A stretch of 64,000 bases of DNA. Source: Pseudomonadota bacterium (GTDB lineage: Bacteria; Pseudomonadota; Gammaproteobacteria; GCA-001735895). The position numbers and the translations under genes are program-made. The notes beneath the pieces are model-generated. The model had not been told where the DNA came from. It saw only the letters and a list, made by a program, of their open reading frames with translations, and did no database searches. Positions 20,086 to 29,847 of the stretch are shown here, in pieces. The stretch is taken from NCBI GenBank assembly GCA_022566015.1, contig JADFJT010000001.1, forward strand, positions 29,143 through 93,142. Reading direction: 5' to 3'. The number at the start of each line of letters is the position of its first letter. The stretch's first letter is position 1.

Positions 20086-22581
20086 CTATGTTACTGATGC
20101 GACCTTAGGTTTTTTCTTAGGTAATTTCTTCTTTTTTGGCGAATTTTTTGCCCGCTTTATTCCTAGCTCCTGCGGTGAAAAATCATCGACCATAATAACC
20201 TTCCTGGTGGCAACCTGGGCTGACAGCAATATTTTAGCATCGGTACTAGAAATGAGATCCTTTGTTACCAATTCATCAATCCATTGCTGATAGCTTTGCA
20301 AATCGGACTTGACCTGGTGATTAGCACGAAGCCTTCGCTCTATGGGCTCGGCCAGAATGACCTTTTTCAACGCATCTTCAAGGCAACCCGTAATATCATC
20401 AGGATCGTCGCTAATATATATGCCCTGCGTCAGCCTATCTCTCGCCTTGCCTGGCTTGATCAGCAATGCCGCAACTCTGTGGCCCAGAAAGTCATTGGGT
20501 TGGCGTAAACTCAGACCGAGCGGGAAAATAATGGTCCTGACGATCAGGCCTAACCATTTGATCGGAAAATTACGTAGAATTTCGTCCAACGCCATTTGTA
20601 TCTGGTACAGGCAATGCTTGGCTGACCATTCGAGCAACGGCACATCAGCTTTGGGACGGCCATCGTCTTCGAACTTTTTCAACACAGCAGAAGCATAAAA
20701 CATATACCCCAGCACATCTGCGAAACGCCCGGATAGCTTCTCCTTGCGCTTGAAAGCGCCCCCCAGAACTATCAATGCCAGGTCGGCAGTAACCGCAAAA
20801 GCCGCACTCATCTGGCTCAGACGCTGATAATAGGTGGCGATTCGACCCGGGGTCGGTGAATCGGCCAGGTGACTCCCACTGATACCATAAATAAATGCCC
20901 GACAGACATTTGAGAGCAAATAGATGATATGGCCTGTCATAGCCTGGTCGAACGCTCTTTCACTGGCAGCCTGATCGACCATGACGGCGGCTTCCATTTC
21001 ACTGACCAGGTACGGATGGCAACGAATCGCCCCCTGCCCAAAAATAATCATACTACGGGTAAGAATATTTGCCCCTTCGACTGTTATGCCGACAGGCAAT
21101 ATCTGATACGACCGCGCAATATAATTACTCGGTCCCATGCAAATTCCCCGACCTCCATGGATATCCATAGAATCGTTGATCATCTGGCGCATAAATTCGG
21201 TATTGTAGTATTTCAGAATAGCAGTGACGACCGAAGGTTTCTCTCCGCTATCTAGCGCCGACAAGGTTAAGAGCCGTCCTGCATCGGTCATGTATGCCAG
21301 GCCTCCGATTCGCGCCAATGCCTCTTCTACACCTTCGAACTTTCCTATCGAAGTTTTGAATTGCTTGCGAACGCGCGCGTAGGCTCCAGTAGTACGCGCC
21401 ACACTCTTGCCTGCGGCAGCACCCAATGCAGGTAAAGAAATGCCCCGACCCGCCGCCAGAGACTCCACCAGCATTCGCCAACCAACGCCAATATTTTTCT
21501 GACCGCCAATTATATAATCTATCGGGACAAAAACATCCTTTCCACTGTTCGGACCATTTTGAAATGCGGCGTTCATCGGAAAATGTCGATTCCCAATAGT
21601 GATTCCAGGTATATCGGCTGGAATCAATGCGCAAGTAATACCCAGATCGGCATCACCGCCGAGCAAACCATCGGGATCGTACACTTTGAACGCAAGACCA
21701 AGAACAGTGGCTACTGGGCCAAGTGTAATATAACGTTTTTCCCAGTTTAACCTGAGGCCCAGTACCTGCTTTCCTTTGAATTTTCCCTTGCATACCACGC
21801 CGGTATCTGGAATAGAGCCTGCGTCTGATCCTGCATCGGGGCCAGTCAGCGCAAAGCAGGGTATTTCTCGTCCATCGGCGAGCCGTGGCAGGTAAAATTC
21901 CTTCTGGGCGTCGGTACCGTAATGCAATAATAATTCTGCAGGGCCGAGTGAATTGGGCACCATTATGGTAACGCCGACTGATATGCTACGACTAGAGACT
22001 TTCATCACTACACTGGAGTGCCCATAGGCCGAAAATTCAAGGCCTCCATATTTTTTGGGGATAATCATCCCGAAGAAACCTTGCTGTTTAAGAAATGTCC
22101 ACATTTCTTCCGGCAAATCCATTCGATTGTGGGTAATATCCCAATCATCAATCATTTCGCACAGTTCATTGACCGGTCCATCCAAAAACGTCTGTTCTTC
22201 ATCGCTGAGCTCGGGTTTTTTATACCGCAATAACTTCTTCCAGTCGGGAGCCCCACGAAATAATTCAGACTCCCACCATACCGTTCCAGCTTCGATCGCA
22301 TCGCGCTCTGTTTCGGACATCGGTGGCAATACTGATTTGATACGCTTTAACATGGGTCTGGTCAGAATTTTCCGGCGTAATTCGGATGGTCCCAAAATAA
22401 CCGTAGGTATGCCTAAAAAGGCCCAGACCAGGACTCCCCAAAACAGGCTGAATCCATCGAAAGCCGTGAAGATCAGCAAAAAAGCAACTGCTGCGAGGCC
22501 GATAGTCTTAAAAGAGGAAGGGTATCGCGCAAGCGTATAAATCAGCGCGAATAGACCACATAAAAAAACCAGAATATTCAA
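20086..22581 (-). CDS. fadE: Acyl-CoA dehydrogenase FadE
   Basis: 831 aa; N-terminal TM segments and ACAD domains in the E. coli FadE architecture. Confidence 0.88.
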   Translation of the reverse strand: MNILVFLCGLFALIYTLARYPSSFKTIGLAAVAFLLIFTAFDGFSLFWGVLVWAFLGIPTVILGPSELRRKILTRPMLKRIKSVLPPMSETERDAIEAGTVWWESELFRGAPDWKKLLRYKKPELSDEEQTFLDGPVNELCEMIDDWDITHNRMDLPEEMWTFLKQQGFFGMIIPKKYGGLEFSAYGHSSVVMKVSSRSISVGVTIMVPNSLGPAELLLHYGTDAQKEFYLPRLADGREIPCFALTGPDAGSDAGSIPDTGVVCKGKFKGKQVLGLRLNWEKRYITLGPVATVLGLAFKVYDPDGLLGGDADLGITCALIPADIPGITIGNRHFPMNAAFQNGPNSGKDVFVPIDYIIGGQKNIGVGWRMLVESLAAGRGISLPALGAAAGKSVARTTGAYARVRKQFKTSIGKFEGVEEALARIGGLAYMTDAGRLLTLSALDSGEKPSVVTAILKYYNTEFMRQMINDSMDIHGGRGICMGPSNYIARSYQILPVGITVEGANILTRSMIIFGQGAIRCHPYLVSEMEAAVMVDQAASERAFDQAMTGHIIYLLSNVCRAFIYGISGSHLADSPTPGRIATYYQRLSQMSAAFAVTADLALIVLGGAFKRKEKLSGRFADVLGYMFYASAVLKKFEDDGRPKADVPLLEWSAKHCLYQIQMALDEILRNFPIKWLGLIVRTIIFPLGLSLRQPNDFLGHRVAALLIKPGKARDRLTQGIYISDDPDDITGCLEDALKKVILAEPIERRLRANHQVKSDLQSYQQWIDELVTKDLISSTDAKILLSAQVATRKVIMVDDFSPQELGIKRAKNSPKKKKLPKKKPKVASVT

Positions 22582-22782
22582 GAGGATTCCATGTAAACCA
22601 GAGTAAATTTGGGCTTTACCCTAAACCATATAATATATTGACCCAGTCAGCAATACAGAGTTTCATTTTGAAACTGATTGGAACTAATGAGAATCCTCTG
22701 AATCGATTCTGAATAAATTTTCACTCGACCATAAACGAAAGGTACTTTTTTGCATGTCCGACAATTCGGACCCTGCCCCCAC

Positions 22783-23907
22783 TCAGTTCCCGGGTTTAAG
22801 CTGATCGCGCAAGTTTTTGTTCAACTTTCGCAAGCTCAATTCGAGCACCTGGTCTGCATATTCGAGCAATGGCAAGATATCGAGCACCAATGCTCGGGCA
22901 TGGTCAACAAGACCGTCAGTATTATTGTTAGCAATTAATTGCAGTGCCTTATCTACGGTCATCGGCTTTTTTTCACTCACTTCAGGAATGCCGACCATAC
23001 AGTTTCCACCTTTTTTTATCGCTTCCGCGAGCCACTTATCCAGTTTTAAATTGACACTCTCATAACTGGTAGATTCGTTCGCAACGCAACTAAACAGGGC
23101 GCTGCTAAAGGTAACCGGTACCTGTTTTCCGGCTATGCTAATCCGCTTCTTCTTGATACTTTCTCTGATACGATTTATCCCGGCTACTGCACCAATGGCA
23201 TTAGTCACCGGAAACAGGATGCAAAACTCAGCCTTTTCGAGGTAACACAGAATATCTTCACTTCGAAGGGATTGCTGCATTATCCTGGCTACTGCCTGCA
23301 CGATGAATACTGCTGCACTTTTATCGAAGCTCGCCACAATAGCCTTCAAATTATCTACTTTAAGCTTGCAGATGCTGACATGGCTTTTATGCCGTAAAGA
23401 AAAGGATAATTCCTGTTTCAGCCGAGATTTAAAAAAGTTTAACTGACTCAATTGCTGCAATAAATTAACTGCGGCAACTTGCGTCATCTCAACAGTATGA
23501 TCTTCCGAATACTGGATGTATAACTGCGCGTGTAATCGCACTCGAGTAGTGAGTTCGGTACTCGAAAACGGCATGTTGATAAAATCGGTGGCACCGAGAC
23601 GAAATGCGGATTCGCGATCTTTTTCCCGGTCACTTTCCCCCACTAATAACAAAACTGGTCTTGCGGCCAGGTGCTTATCGCCAGCATTTCGGACTCTCTC
23701 AAGCAGCCCAAACTGACCTATAGCCATAGACAGCTCGCAAATTAATACCGAGATATTCGATACTTCGAGCATTTTCTCCCAGGCCATCTCAGCAGTTTCA
23801 GCATGGAGGACGGTAAAATACTCGCGTAATAATTTACTGATTGATCGCGTACTTTGCGGTGATTTCGATACTAGTAGTACAACCGATTTTTCACTGGTGT
23901 CATTCAT
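22783..23907 (-). CDS. Atypical pseudo-receiver plus degenerate GGDEF-like protein
   Basis: REC-like N-terminus lacks the acidic pair and has Glu at the phosphoacceptor position (VLICELSM). The C-terminal region resembles GGDEF but lacks the GG(D/E)EF motif. Confidence 0.45.
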   Translation of the reverse strand: MNDTSEKSVVLLVSKSPQSTRSISKLLREYFTVLHAETAEMAWEKMLEVSNISVLICELSMAIGQFGLLERVRNAGDKHLAARPVLLLVGESDREKDRESAFRLGATDFINMPFSSTELTTRVRLHAQLYIQYSEDHTVEMTQVAAVNLLQQLSQLNFFKSRLKQELSFSLRHKSHVSICKLKVDNLKAIVASFDKSAAVFIVQAVARIMQQSLRSEDILCYLEKAEFCILFPVTNAIGAVAGINRIRESIKKKRISIAGKQVPVTFSSALFSCVANESTSYESVNLKLDKWLAEAIKKGGNCMVGIPEVSEKKPMTVDKALQLIANNNTDGLVDHARALVLDILPLLEYADQVLELSLRKLNKNLRDQLKPGN

Positions 23908-24070
23908 GCCTGAGATTTATAAATAGATTGCGCCTGACTATAATCTATTATCACCCATAAATGACCTGCTATTTACTATTTAGGAAAATCAGGGGCAGAT
24001 GAGTTTTGCTGAAACTACCCCAAATAGTAATTCCTGAGGTCCATCATTAAATTGACATTTACTTATTTTA

Positions 24071-24104
24071 ATTCGATAATTCTAATATTATGGAATTATC
24101 GAAT
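24071..24104. promoter_or_regulatory. Perfect 12-10-12 inverted repeat ATTCGATAATTC-N10-GAATTATCGAAT overlapping the arsR start codon
   Basis: Read directly; ArsR/SmtB operators are typically 12-2-12-like inverted repeats overlapping their own promoter. Confidence 0.5.
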
Positions 24105-24383
24105 TATGTAATCCAGCTTTCATCCCTGGCACACGAATCCAGGTTGACTATTTTTCGACTGCTGGTGAGTGCTGGCCCTGCCGGTATAACGCCTGGAAAT
24201 ATATCTGCATCTATTTCCCTGCCTGCGGCAACCCTTTCGTTTCACCTGAAGGATTTAAGAAATGCCGGGTTAATTCACCAGAAGAAGCAGGGGCGTTCGA
24301 TTAAATATTCTGCTAATTACCAATCGATGGATAGCCTGATTCAGTTTCTATATAAAAATTGTTGCAGCGCATCTTCCTGTTAA
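24090..24383 (+). CDS. arsR: ArsR/SmtB-family metalloregulator
   Basis: 97 aa; HTH ...SRLTIFRLL...GNISASISLPAATLSFHLKDLRNAGLI plus C-terminal Cys cluster CCSASSC. Confidence 0.8.
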   Translation: MELSNYVIQLSSLAHESRLTIFRLLVSAGPAGITPGNISASISLPAATLSFHLKDLRNAGLIHQKKQGRSIKYSANYQSMDSLIQFLYKNCCSASSC

Positions 24384-24392
24384 ACGGAGAAA

Positions 24393-24842
24393 ATGATGAA
24401 AAAAATGCACATTCATATCAGCGTACCAGACCTGGCCGATAGTATCCTTTTCTATACGGGTTTGTTTGATAGCGGCCCGACTAAATTAAAATCTGACTAT
24501 GCGAAGTGGGATCTTGAAGAGCCGCCCGTGAACTTTGCCATTTCTACTGGTAGCCGAAATATCGGGCTCGATCATCTGGGTATACAGGTCGACAGTGAAG
24601 CCGAAGTCGAAAAGATCAAATGCAACCTTGAACAGGCATCGCAATCTGCCGGAGAAATTAAATCGGGCGTATGCTGTTATGCTGAATCGTCCAGATCCTG
24701 GAGTATCGACAAGGCCGGCATCCACTGGGAAAGTTTTGTTACGATGAAAGACGCTGAGATGTACGGCGAAGATTCCCTGACGAACCATAATAGCGGCTGT
24801 CATACCGAGGGGCCAGGTGACCAACAACATGATTGTTGTTAG
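24393..24842 (+). CDS. VOC/glyoxalase-family protein, ArsI (C-As lyase) / CadI-like
   Basis: N-terminus HIHISVPDLADSILFYTGLFDSGPTKLKSDYAKWDLEEPPVNFAI resembles ArsI. It has a vicinal Cys pair (VCCY) and a Cys-rich tail, and is adjacent to arsR. Confidence 0.55.
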   Translation: MMKKMHIHISVPDLADSILFYTGLFDSGPTKLKSDYAKWDLEEPPVNFAISTGSRNIGLDHLGIQVDSEAEVEKIKCNLEQASQSAGEIKSGVCCYAESSRSWSIDKAGIHWESFVTMKDAEMYGEDSLTNHNSGCHTEGPGDQQHDCC

Positions 24843-24850
24843 GTAAGAAA

Positions 24851-25567
24851 TTAAAGTCTGATAAAAAACGTCGCAATCCAGTCTGCCAGTACCTGCGTAT
24901 CGGCCTTACGGCCGGTAGCCTGCATATCGGCCAAAGCCTTTGTAGCCACTTCCTCAGGTACTATATTGCCACTGTACATTTCAAGCAGTGCGGTTTCATA
25001 CTCTTCTCCAAACTCGGGGTGCGCCTGTATGGTAATGATCGAGTCACCGTAGCTAAGGCCGGCGTAGGGACAAAATTCAGAACTGAAAAACGGCCTTGCA
25101 GCGGGTGGTTTCTCGACTACCTGATCCTGGTGAAAAGCATAGATACCGACCTGCTCCGGATCACCGTCCATCCACTTTTGCACCGCATCGATTTTATAGC
25201 TATGTAACCCAACCGCCCATCCCCTGTCCGATTTCACCACTTCCCCACCGAGCGCCTGAGCAATTATCTGATGCCCGAAACATATACCGACAAGAGGTAC
25301 CGAAGCATGATTAAGCGCTCGAATAAAATCCTGTAAAACAACCATCCAGCTAAGATTTTCATATACTCCAAAGCGCGACCCAGTGATAAGCCAGCCTTCG
25401 CAATCATGGACTGAGGCTGGCATTTCGCCTTGTATAACACTGAACGTCTGATACTGAAGATCCCGTTTAGCCCGGTTCAGTAATGAAGCGAACATGACTG
25501 GATAGGGATCGTACTTACCGACCAGCCTTTCGTTTAATAGCCCAGTTTCGAGTATACCTATTTTCAT
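24851..25567 (-). CDS. Class I glutamine amidotransferase-like protein (PuuD-like gamma-glutamyl hydrolase candidate)
   Basis: GATase1 motifs GICFGHQ and catalytic HPE. Confidence 0.6.
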   Translation of the reverse strand: MKIGILETGLLNERLVGKYDPYPVMFASLLNRAKRDLQYQTFSVIQGEMPASVHDCEGWLITGSRFGVYENLSWMVVLQDFIRALNHASVPLVGICFGHQIIAQALGGEVVKSDRGWAVGLHSYKIDAVQKWMDGDPEQVGIYAFHQDQVVEKPPAARPFFSSEFCPYAGLSYGDSIITIQAHPEFGEEYETALLEMYSGNIVPEEVATKALADMQATGRKADTQVLADWIATFFIRL

Positions 25568-25942
25568 TATTTAGATGCCTGGTATGTCCAGTGCAATATA
25601 TCATCCTGATTCTGTTATCGACAAAATTACGCGAAGCAGGCACCCGCCAGCTATGTGCATAGAATGGTAACTCATTGAAGTGTCTAAAACGTTCAGAGTG
25701 ACTATCAGCTACCTCGTAAATCGATTCCCCAACCAGATACATGGACCAGGGCATACCACTAAAGCCGCCGTCGAATACGCAAACTTGGGCTTCGAAACAG
25801 GCTTGAAACCAGTCGCGCCCAGCCGACGGGTTTGCCGAGGCCGCATAATGCAATACCTATGTGGGTCGGTGCCTGCTTCGATGGTGTCGACTTATTCATC
25901 CCTTCTGGCCCATTAACAGGGTAATTCCAATTCGAATTTAAT

Positions 25943-25952
25943 GTGATCACAA
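25943..25952. promoter_or_regulatory. TGTGATCACA palindrome (copy 1 of 6)
   Basis: TAATGTGATCACAAAC in the GATase1/gntR intergenic region. Confidence 0.5.
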
Positions 25953-26049
25953 ACTTTCAATTTGGTCAAGAACGATTTATTATCATTTATAGTTTCCCGT
26001 CTAATTTTGTGATTAAATATTAATTAATCTCCCTGAAACCACTAATAAT

Positions 26050-26760
26050 ATGCAAGCATCTAAATCTACTAATCTTGAATTATTGATGCTGGAAAGGGCC
26101 GCGTCGCAGAACACCAATCAATGGGTTTACCAGTTACTACGCACTAATTTGCTGTGCGGAAAAGTTCAGCCAGGTCTTCCGCTGACGATTAGAGGAGTTG
26201 CTGAAGCGCTGGGTGTGAGCCCGATGCCGGTACGAGAAGCCTTTCATCGGCTAGCTTGTGAAGGCGCGGTCGAGGTAAAAAATAATCGTCGCGTGATCGT
26301 GCCAATAATGACCGCAGAAAAATTCAGCGAGTTATGCGACCTGAGGATATTACTCGAAACTCACGCCGCACAAAGCGCTTTACCTTATATTAGAGATCCG
26401 GATATAGTTAGCCTGGAGCTTATTGATGGCAAGATTGACGAAGCGGTCCAGGAAGGCAATGTTGAAAACATGAGCCTGCTCAATCAGGATTTTCATCGTA
26501 CCCTGTATAGCGCCAATCCCTTCCAGATTGTCGTACCCTTGATTGAAAGCCTGTGGCTTCAGCTTGGGCCCTTTTCCAGGATAGCTATCAGTAAACTAGA
26601 GAAAATATACATCGTCGATCGGCACGTCGAGGCAATAGCCGCCCTCAAACAGCAAAATTCGTTTGCTTTGCGGCGCGCTATCGAAGCCGATATCCGCGAC
26701 GGCATTGCTTCCATTAATTCTGTTGAGGGCATCCACAATTATTTCGAGGGTGTCGCCTGA
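26050..26760 (+). CDS. GntR-family (FCD-domain) transcriptional regulator
   Basis: wHTH RGVAEALGVSPMPVREAFHRLACEGAV plus C-terminal FCD-like helical domain. Confidence 0.8.
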   Translation: MQASKSTNLELLMLERAASQNTNQWVYQLLRTNLLCGKVQPGLPLTIRGVAEALGVSPMPVREAFHRLACEGAVEVKNNRRVIVPIMTAEKFSELCDLRILLETHAAQSALPYIRDPDIVSLELIDGKIDEAVQEGNVENMSLLNQDFHRTLYSANPFQIVVPLIESLWLQLGPFSRIAISKLEKIYIVDRHVEAIAALKQQNSFALRRAIEADIRDGIASINSVEGIHNYFEGVA

Positions 26761-26787
26761 TTCGAGCCTGGCAAAGCGCAGTATTTC

Positions 26788-26795
26788 GTGATCAC
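26788..26795. promoter_or_regulatory. GTGATCAC palindrome (copy 2)
   Basis: ATTTCGTGATCACTTTAA upstream of the GS-like gene. Confidence 0.5.
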
Positions 26796-26842
26796 TTTAA
26801 ACACAAAAATCAGAACTCAATCGGAGACTGGAATAGTTATTT

Positions 26843-26852
26843 GTGATCACAT
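26843..26852. promoter_or_regulatory. TGTGATCACA palindrome (copy 3)
   Basis: TTATTTGTGATCACATAG, 33 nt upstream of the GS-like start. Confidence 0.5.
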
Positions 26853-26884
26853 AGTAAGAAGAACTATTCACCGAAGGCATATAT

Positions 26885-28246
26885 ATGAAGCAACTTTCGA
26901 GCAGCCAGTTAAATAGAGAAATAATAGATTTAATTCAAAATCACCCCGAAATTGACGAATTTGAAGTGCTTGCGATTGACTTAAGTGGTCATTTTTACGG
27001 TAAACGCTATCCGATTGCCAGTTTGAAATCTTTTGCTAGCGAAGGACTCGCATTTCCAAGGAGCGCTATCGTTATGAACGCACTGGGGGAACCGCTAGAA
27101 GGTATTTACTATGGAGAAGGTGATGGCGACCCCGATGCGCAGTTTTCTCTGATTCCAGGCACTTTGTCGGTCAACGACTGGGGTAACAAGCCCCGCGCCC
27201 AGATAATGGCCACTGCTTCTAGCGGCAAGGAAGCCACGTTTTTTGAACCCCGTAACCTGCTAAAGAAAGTCCTGCAAGCCTACCAGACCAAAGGCTGGCA
27301 TCCGACCGTTGCCTTCGAACTCGAATTTTTCCTGTTCTCCCGCAAACGCGATGACCAGGGTTTGATCCAGATCGTACGAAACCCCAAGACAGGCCGCCCT
27401 GACTCGCCGACTCTGTTGTCCAACACCCGTATTTCCGATTTTGAACGGGTAATAGACAACATCATCGAAGCCTGTAACCAACAAAACATCGAGACAGGAG
27501 CCGTTTCGGCTGAAATGGGTGCTGGACAGTTCGAAATTAATTTTAACCACCATAGTGATGTGATGCGCGCGGCCGATGAAACCTGCCTGTTTAAACGTAC
27601 CGTGATCGAGACCGCCAAAAAACACGGCATGATGGCAACCTTCATGGCCAAACCCTTGCTCGATCAGCCGGGGAATGGAATGCACATGCATATCAGCGTA
27701 CTCGATGACAAAGGAGAAAATATTTTTAATGCGGGCAACAAGCCACAGCAGCGATTGCTGCATGCGATAGGCGGGCTACTCGATACGATGCCCGCGGCTA
27801 TGTCTTTTTGGGCACCGAATATTAATTCTTATCGCCGCTATTCAGGTGGTAACAGTTGCTCTCCGGTAAGCCTGAGTTGGGGCCATGAAAATCGCACCGT
27901 CGCGTTTCGTATTCCACTGGCAAAGGATGGCGCCTGGCGTGTGGAAAACCGGGTCCCTGGCGCCGATGCTAACCCTTACCTGGCTATGGCGGTTTCGCTC
28001 GCTGGCATGCTGCATGGCATGAATCATAAGCTAGATCCCGGTAAACCTTGCGACGGATCGGTGGAAAACGGGGACGAGTATCTACCGCTTAGCCTGAGTT
28101 CGGCGCTTGCTATCTCTATTGGTAGCGAAGTACTGATCGATATTCTCGGCCGCGATTTCATCGAACTATACTGCCAACACCGCAAAGCCGATAAAGCGGC
28201 TTTCGAGCAATTTATCAACGCACGGGAATACGACTGGTATCTTTAA
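26885..28246 (+). CDS. Glutamine-synthetase-family protein (gamma-glutamyl-polyamine synthetase, PuuA-like)
   Basis: 453 aa with GS catalytic-domain motifs (MHMHISV, NxYRR-like NSYRRY). Confidence 0.75.
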   Translation: MKQLSSSQLNREIIDLIQNHPEIDEFEVLAIDLSGHFYGKRYPIASLKSFASEGLAFPRSAIVMNALGEPLEGIYYGEGDGDPDAQFSLIPGTLSVNDWGNKPRAQIMATASSGKEATFFEPRNLLKKVLQAYQTKGWHPTVAFELEFFLFSRKRDDQGLIQIVRNPKTGRPDSPTLLSNTRISDFERVIDNIIEACNQQNIETGAVSAEMGAGQFEINFNHHSDVMRAADETCLFKRTVIETAKKHGMMATFMAKPLLDQPGNGMHMHISVLDDKGENIFNAGNKPQQRLLHAIGGLLDTMPAAMSFWAPNINSYRRYSGGNSCSPVSLSWGHENRTVAFRIPLAKDGAWRVENRVPGADANPYLAMAVSLAGMLHGMNHKLDPGKPCDGSVENGDEYLPLSLSSALAISIGSEVLIDILGRDFIELYCQHRKADKAAFEQFINAREYDWYL

Positions 28247-28287
28247 CCAGTAGATACCAGGCCAAAAAATCTCAGTGGTAAAGAATC

Positions 28288-29214
28288 ATGAATAACGACG
28301 AATTCACTAATAGTGTTTCAATGCACTCTAACCTGTTTGGATATATGGGTGCATCCTTAAGCCGAAATACAGACGATGCTGATGTGTTCGTGGTTGGCTT
28401 GCCCTACGACCTTGCGACTACTGGACGCGCCGGAACACGTAGCGGCCCAACGGCTATTCGCCAGGCTAGCGGCAATCTGCGCTGGGAAGCAAAGCGCTGG
28501 CCCTGGAATTTTTGCGTATTCGATCGTCTGCGAATCGCCGACTATGGCGATCTGGAATTTCCGGCAGGTAACCACAAGAGCCTGTTCGAACAGATCGAGC
28601 AACATTATGGCACATTGCTCGCAGCCGGAAAAACTACTCTAAGTTTTGGCGGCGACCACTTTGTGACCCTGCCGTTATTGCGTGCGCATCATAAGGCGTA
28701 CGGCAAGCTCGCGCTGATTCATTTCGACGCACATACCGATACCTACTCAGAATCAGGTTCGACCTACAACCATGGCAGCATGTTTTTCCATGCACCGAAA
28801 GAAGGAATCATCGACCCAGCCAAAAGCATTCAGGTAGGCATACGCACCGAATATGACGAAGCCACGCACGAATTCCAGGTCATCAGCGCTTCCCGTGCCA
28901 ACGATCTAACGGCCGAGCAAATAATCGAGCAGATCAGCGCACGCGTCGGTGATTCGCCCTGTTACCTGACTTTCGATATCGACTGCCTGGATCCAGCCTA
29001 CGCGCCCGGAACCGGCACCCCGGTAATCGGTGGTCTGACGACCGACCGCGCACTAAAAATCCTGCACGGCCTGCAAGGTCTGAATCTGGTCGGTATGGAT
29101 ATAGTCGAAGTCGCACCTTCGTACGATCACGCGGAAATCACCGCGCTGGCGGCTGCGACCCTGGGCTTGGAGATGCTGTATGTGTTCGCGGCTAAAGGGA
29201 ATAGCAAATTTTAA
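28288..29214 (+). CDS. Ureohydrolase of the arginase/agmatinase family (agmatinase / guanidinobutyrase-like)
   Basis: Mn-binding motifs GGDH, DAHTD and DIDCLDP. Confidence 0.8.
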   Translation: MNNDEFTNSVSMHSNLFGYMGASLSRNTDDADVFVVGLPYDLATTGRAGTRSGPTAIRQASGNLRWEAKRWPWNFCVFDRLRIADYGDLEFPAGNHKSLFEQIEQHYGTLLAAGKTTLSFGGDHFVTLPLLRAHHKAYGKLALIHFDAHTDTYSESGSTYNHGSMFFHAPKEGIIDPAKSIQVGIRTEYDEATHEFQVISASRANDLTAEQIIEQISARVGDSPCYLTFDIDCLDPAYAPGTGTPVIGGLTTDRALKILHGLQGLNLVGMDIVEVAPSYDHAEITALAAATLGLEMLYVFAAKGNSKF

Positions 29215-29419
29215 CACCCTATTTTCACTATTCCAGCCAGTCAAGAAAGGAGATGCGCGAAACTGGTTTAGTACTCTATACAAATAAAAATTTGTCCAGC
29301 TTTGCCAGGTAGAATTTTACTGCCTGTCGGGCGGGTTACTCACCGATTTTTTGGCTACCTGTAAAGGCTTAATCATATTTGTATAACAGGGCACAGACCC
29401 TGATGTTTGATTAAAATAG

Positions 29420-29806
29420 TCAAAAACCCCAGCCCAGGCTTAAGCCAACAAAATCACCACCGACTTCGATATTGTTGAAGCCAAACAATTCGGAGCTGGA
29501 ATCTAATTCAAACCGGCGCGCGTGAATACCAATTCGCTGTTCGCCAAATTTGTAAATCAATCTTAATCCATACTGTAGCGATATATCGGTGTCCCGATCC
29601 TGCTGGAAAGTGACGGGAATGCTGAATAAAGTGCCGTGCAATTCATAACTGATTAGATTATAACCAGCTCCAATCAGCCCATAGAACTGAAGATTCTCTT
29701 CTACCGGATAAGGCGCCACGAGGCTGGCGCTAAAGTTGGATTCATCGACGTCAACTTTATCGCTGACCGAGCAAAGAAAGCATCGGATTTTCGTATTGAG
29801 CTGTCA
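29420..29806 (-). pseudogene. C-terminal remnant of an outer-membrane beta-barrel protein
   Basis: Alternating-hydrophobic beta strands ending ...GLSLGWGF with a C-terminal Phe. Only about 128 codons stop-to-stop, no signal peptide, GTG/none start. Confidence 0.45.
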
Positions 29807-29847
29807 GGTCAACCGTGGCTAAGTTCACAGAATGACAGGGGCCGCGC

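Noticed and set aside
25515-25853. 112-aa minus-strand ORF in the 480-bp GATase1/gntR intergenic region
   Set aside because: No recognisable domain, and the region is occupied by regulatory palindromes. It may be another gene remnant but I cannot support it.
27260-27763. Long antisense ORFs inside the GS-like gene (27260-27763, 27280-27651), the comM gene (57604-58254, 57978-58412) and the flavoprotein gene (40166-40738)
   Set aside because: Shadow ORFs on the opposite strand of confidently assigned genes.
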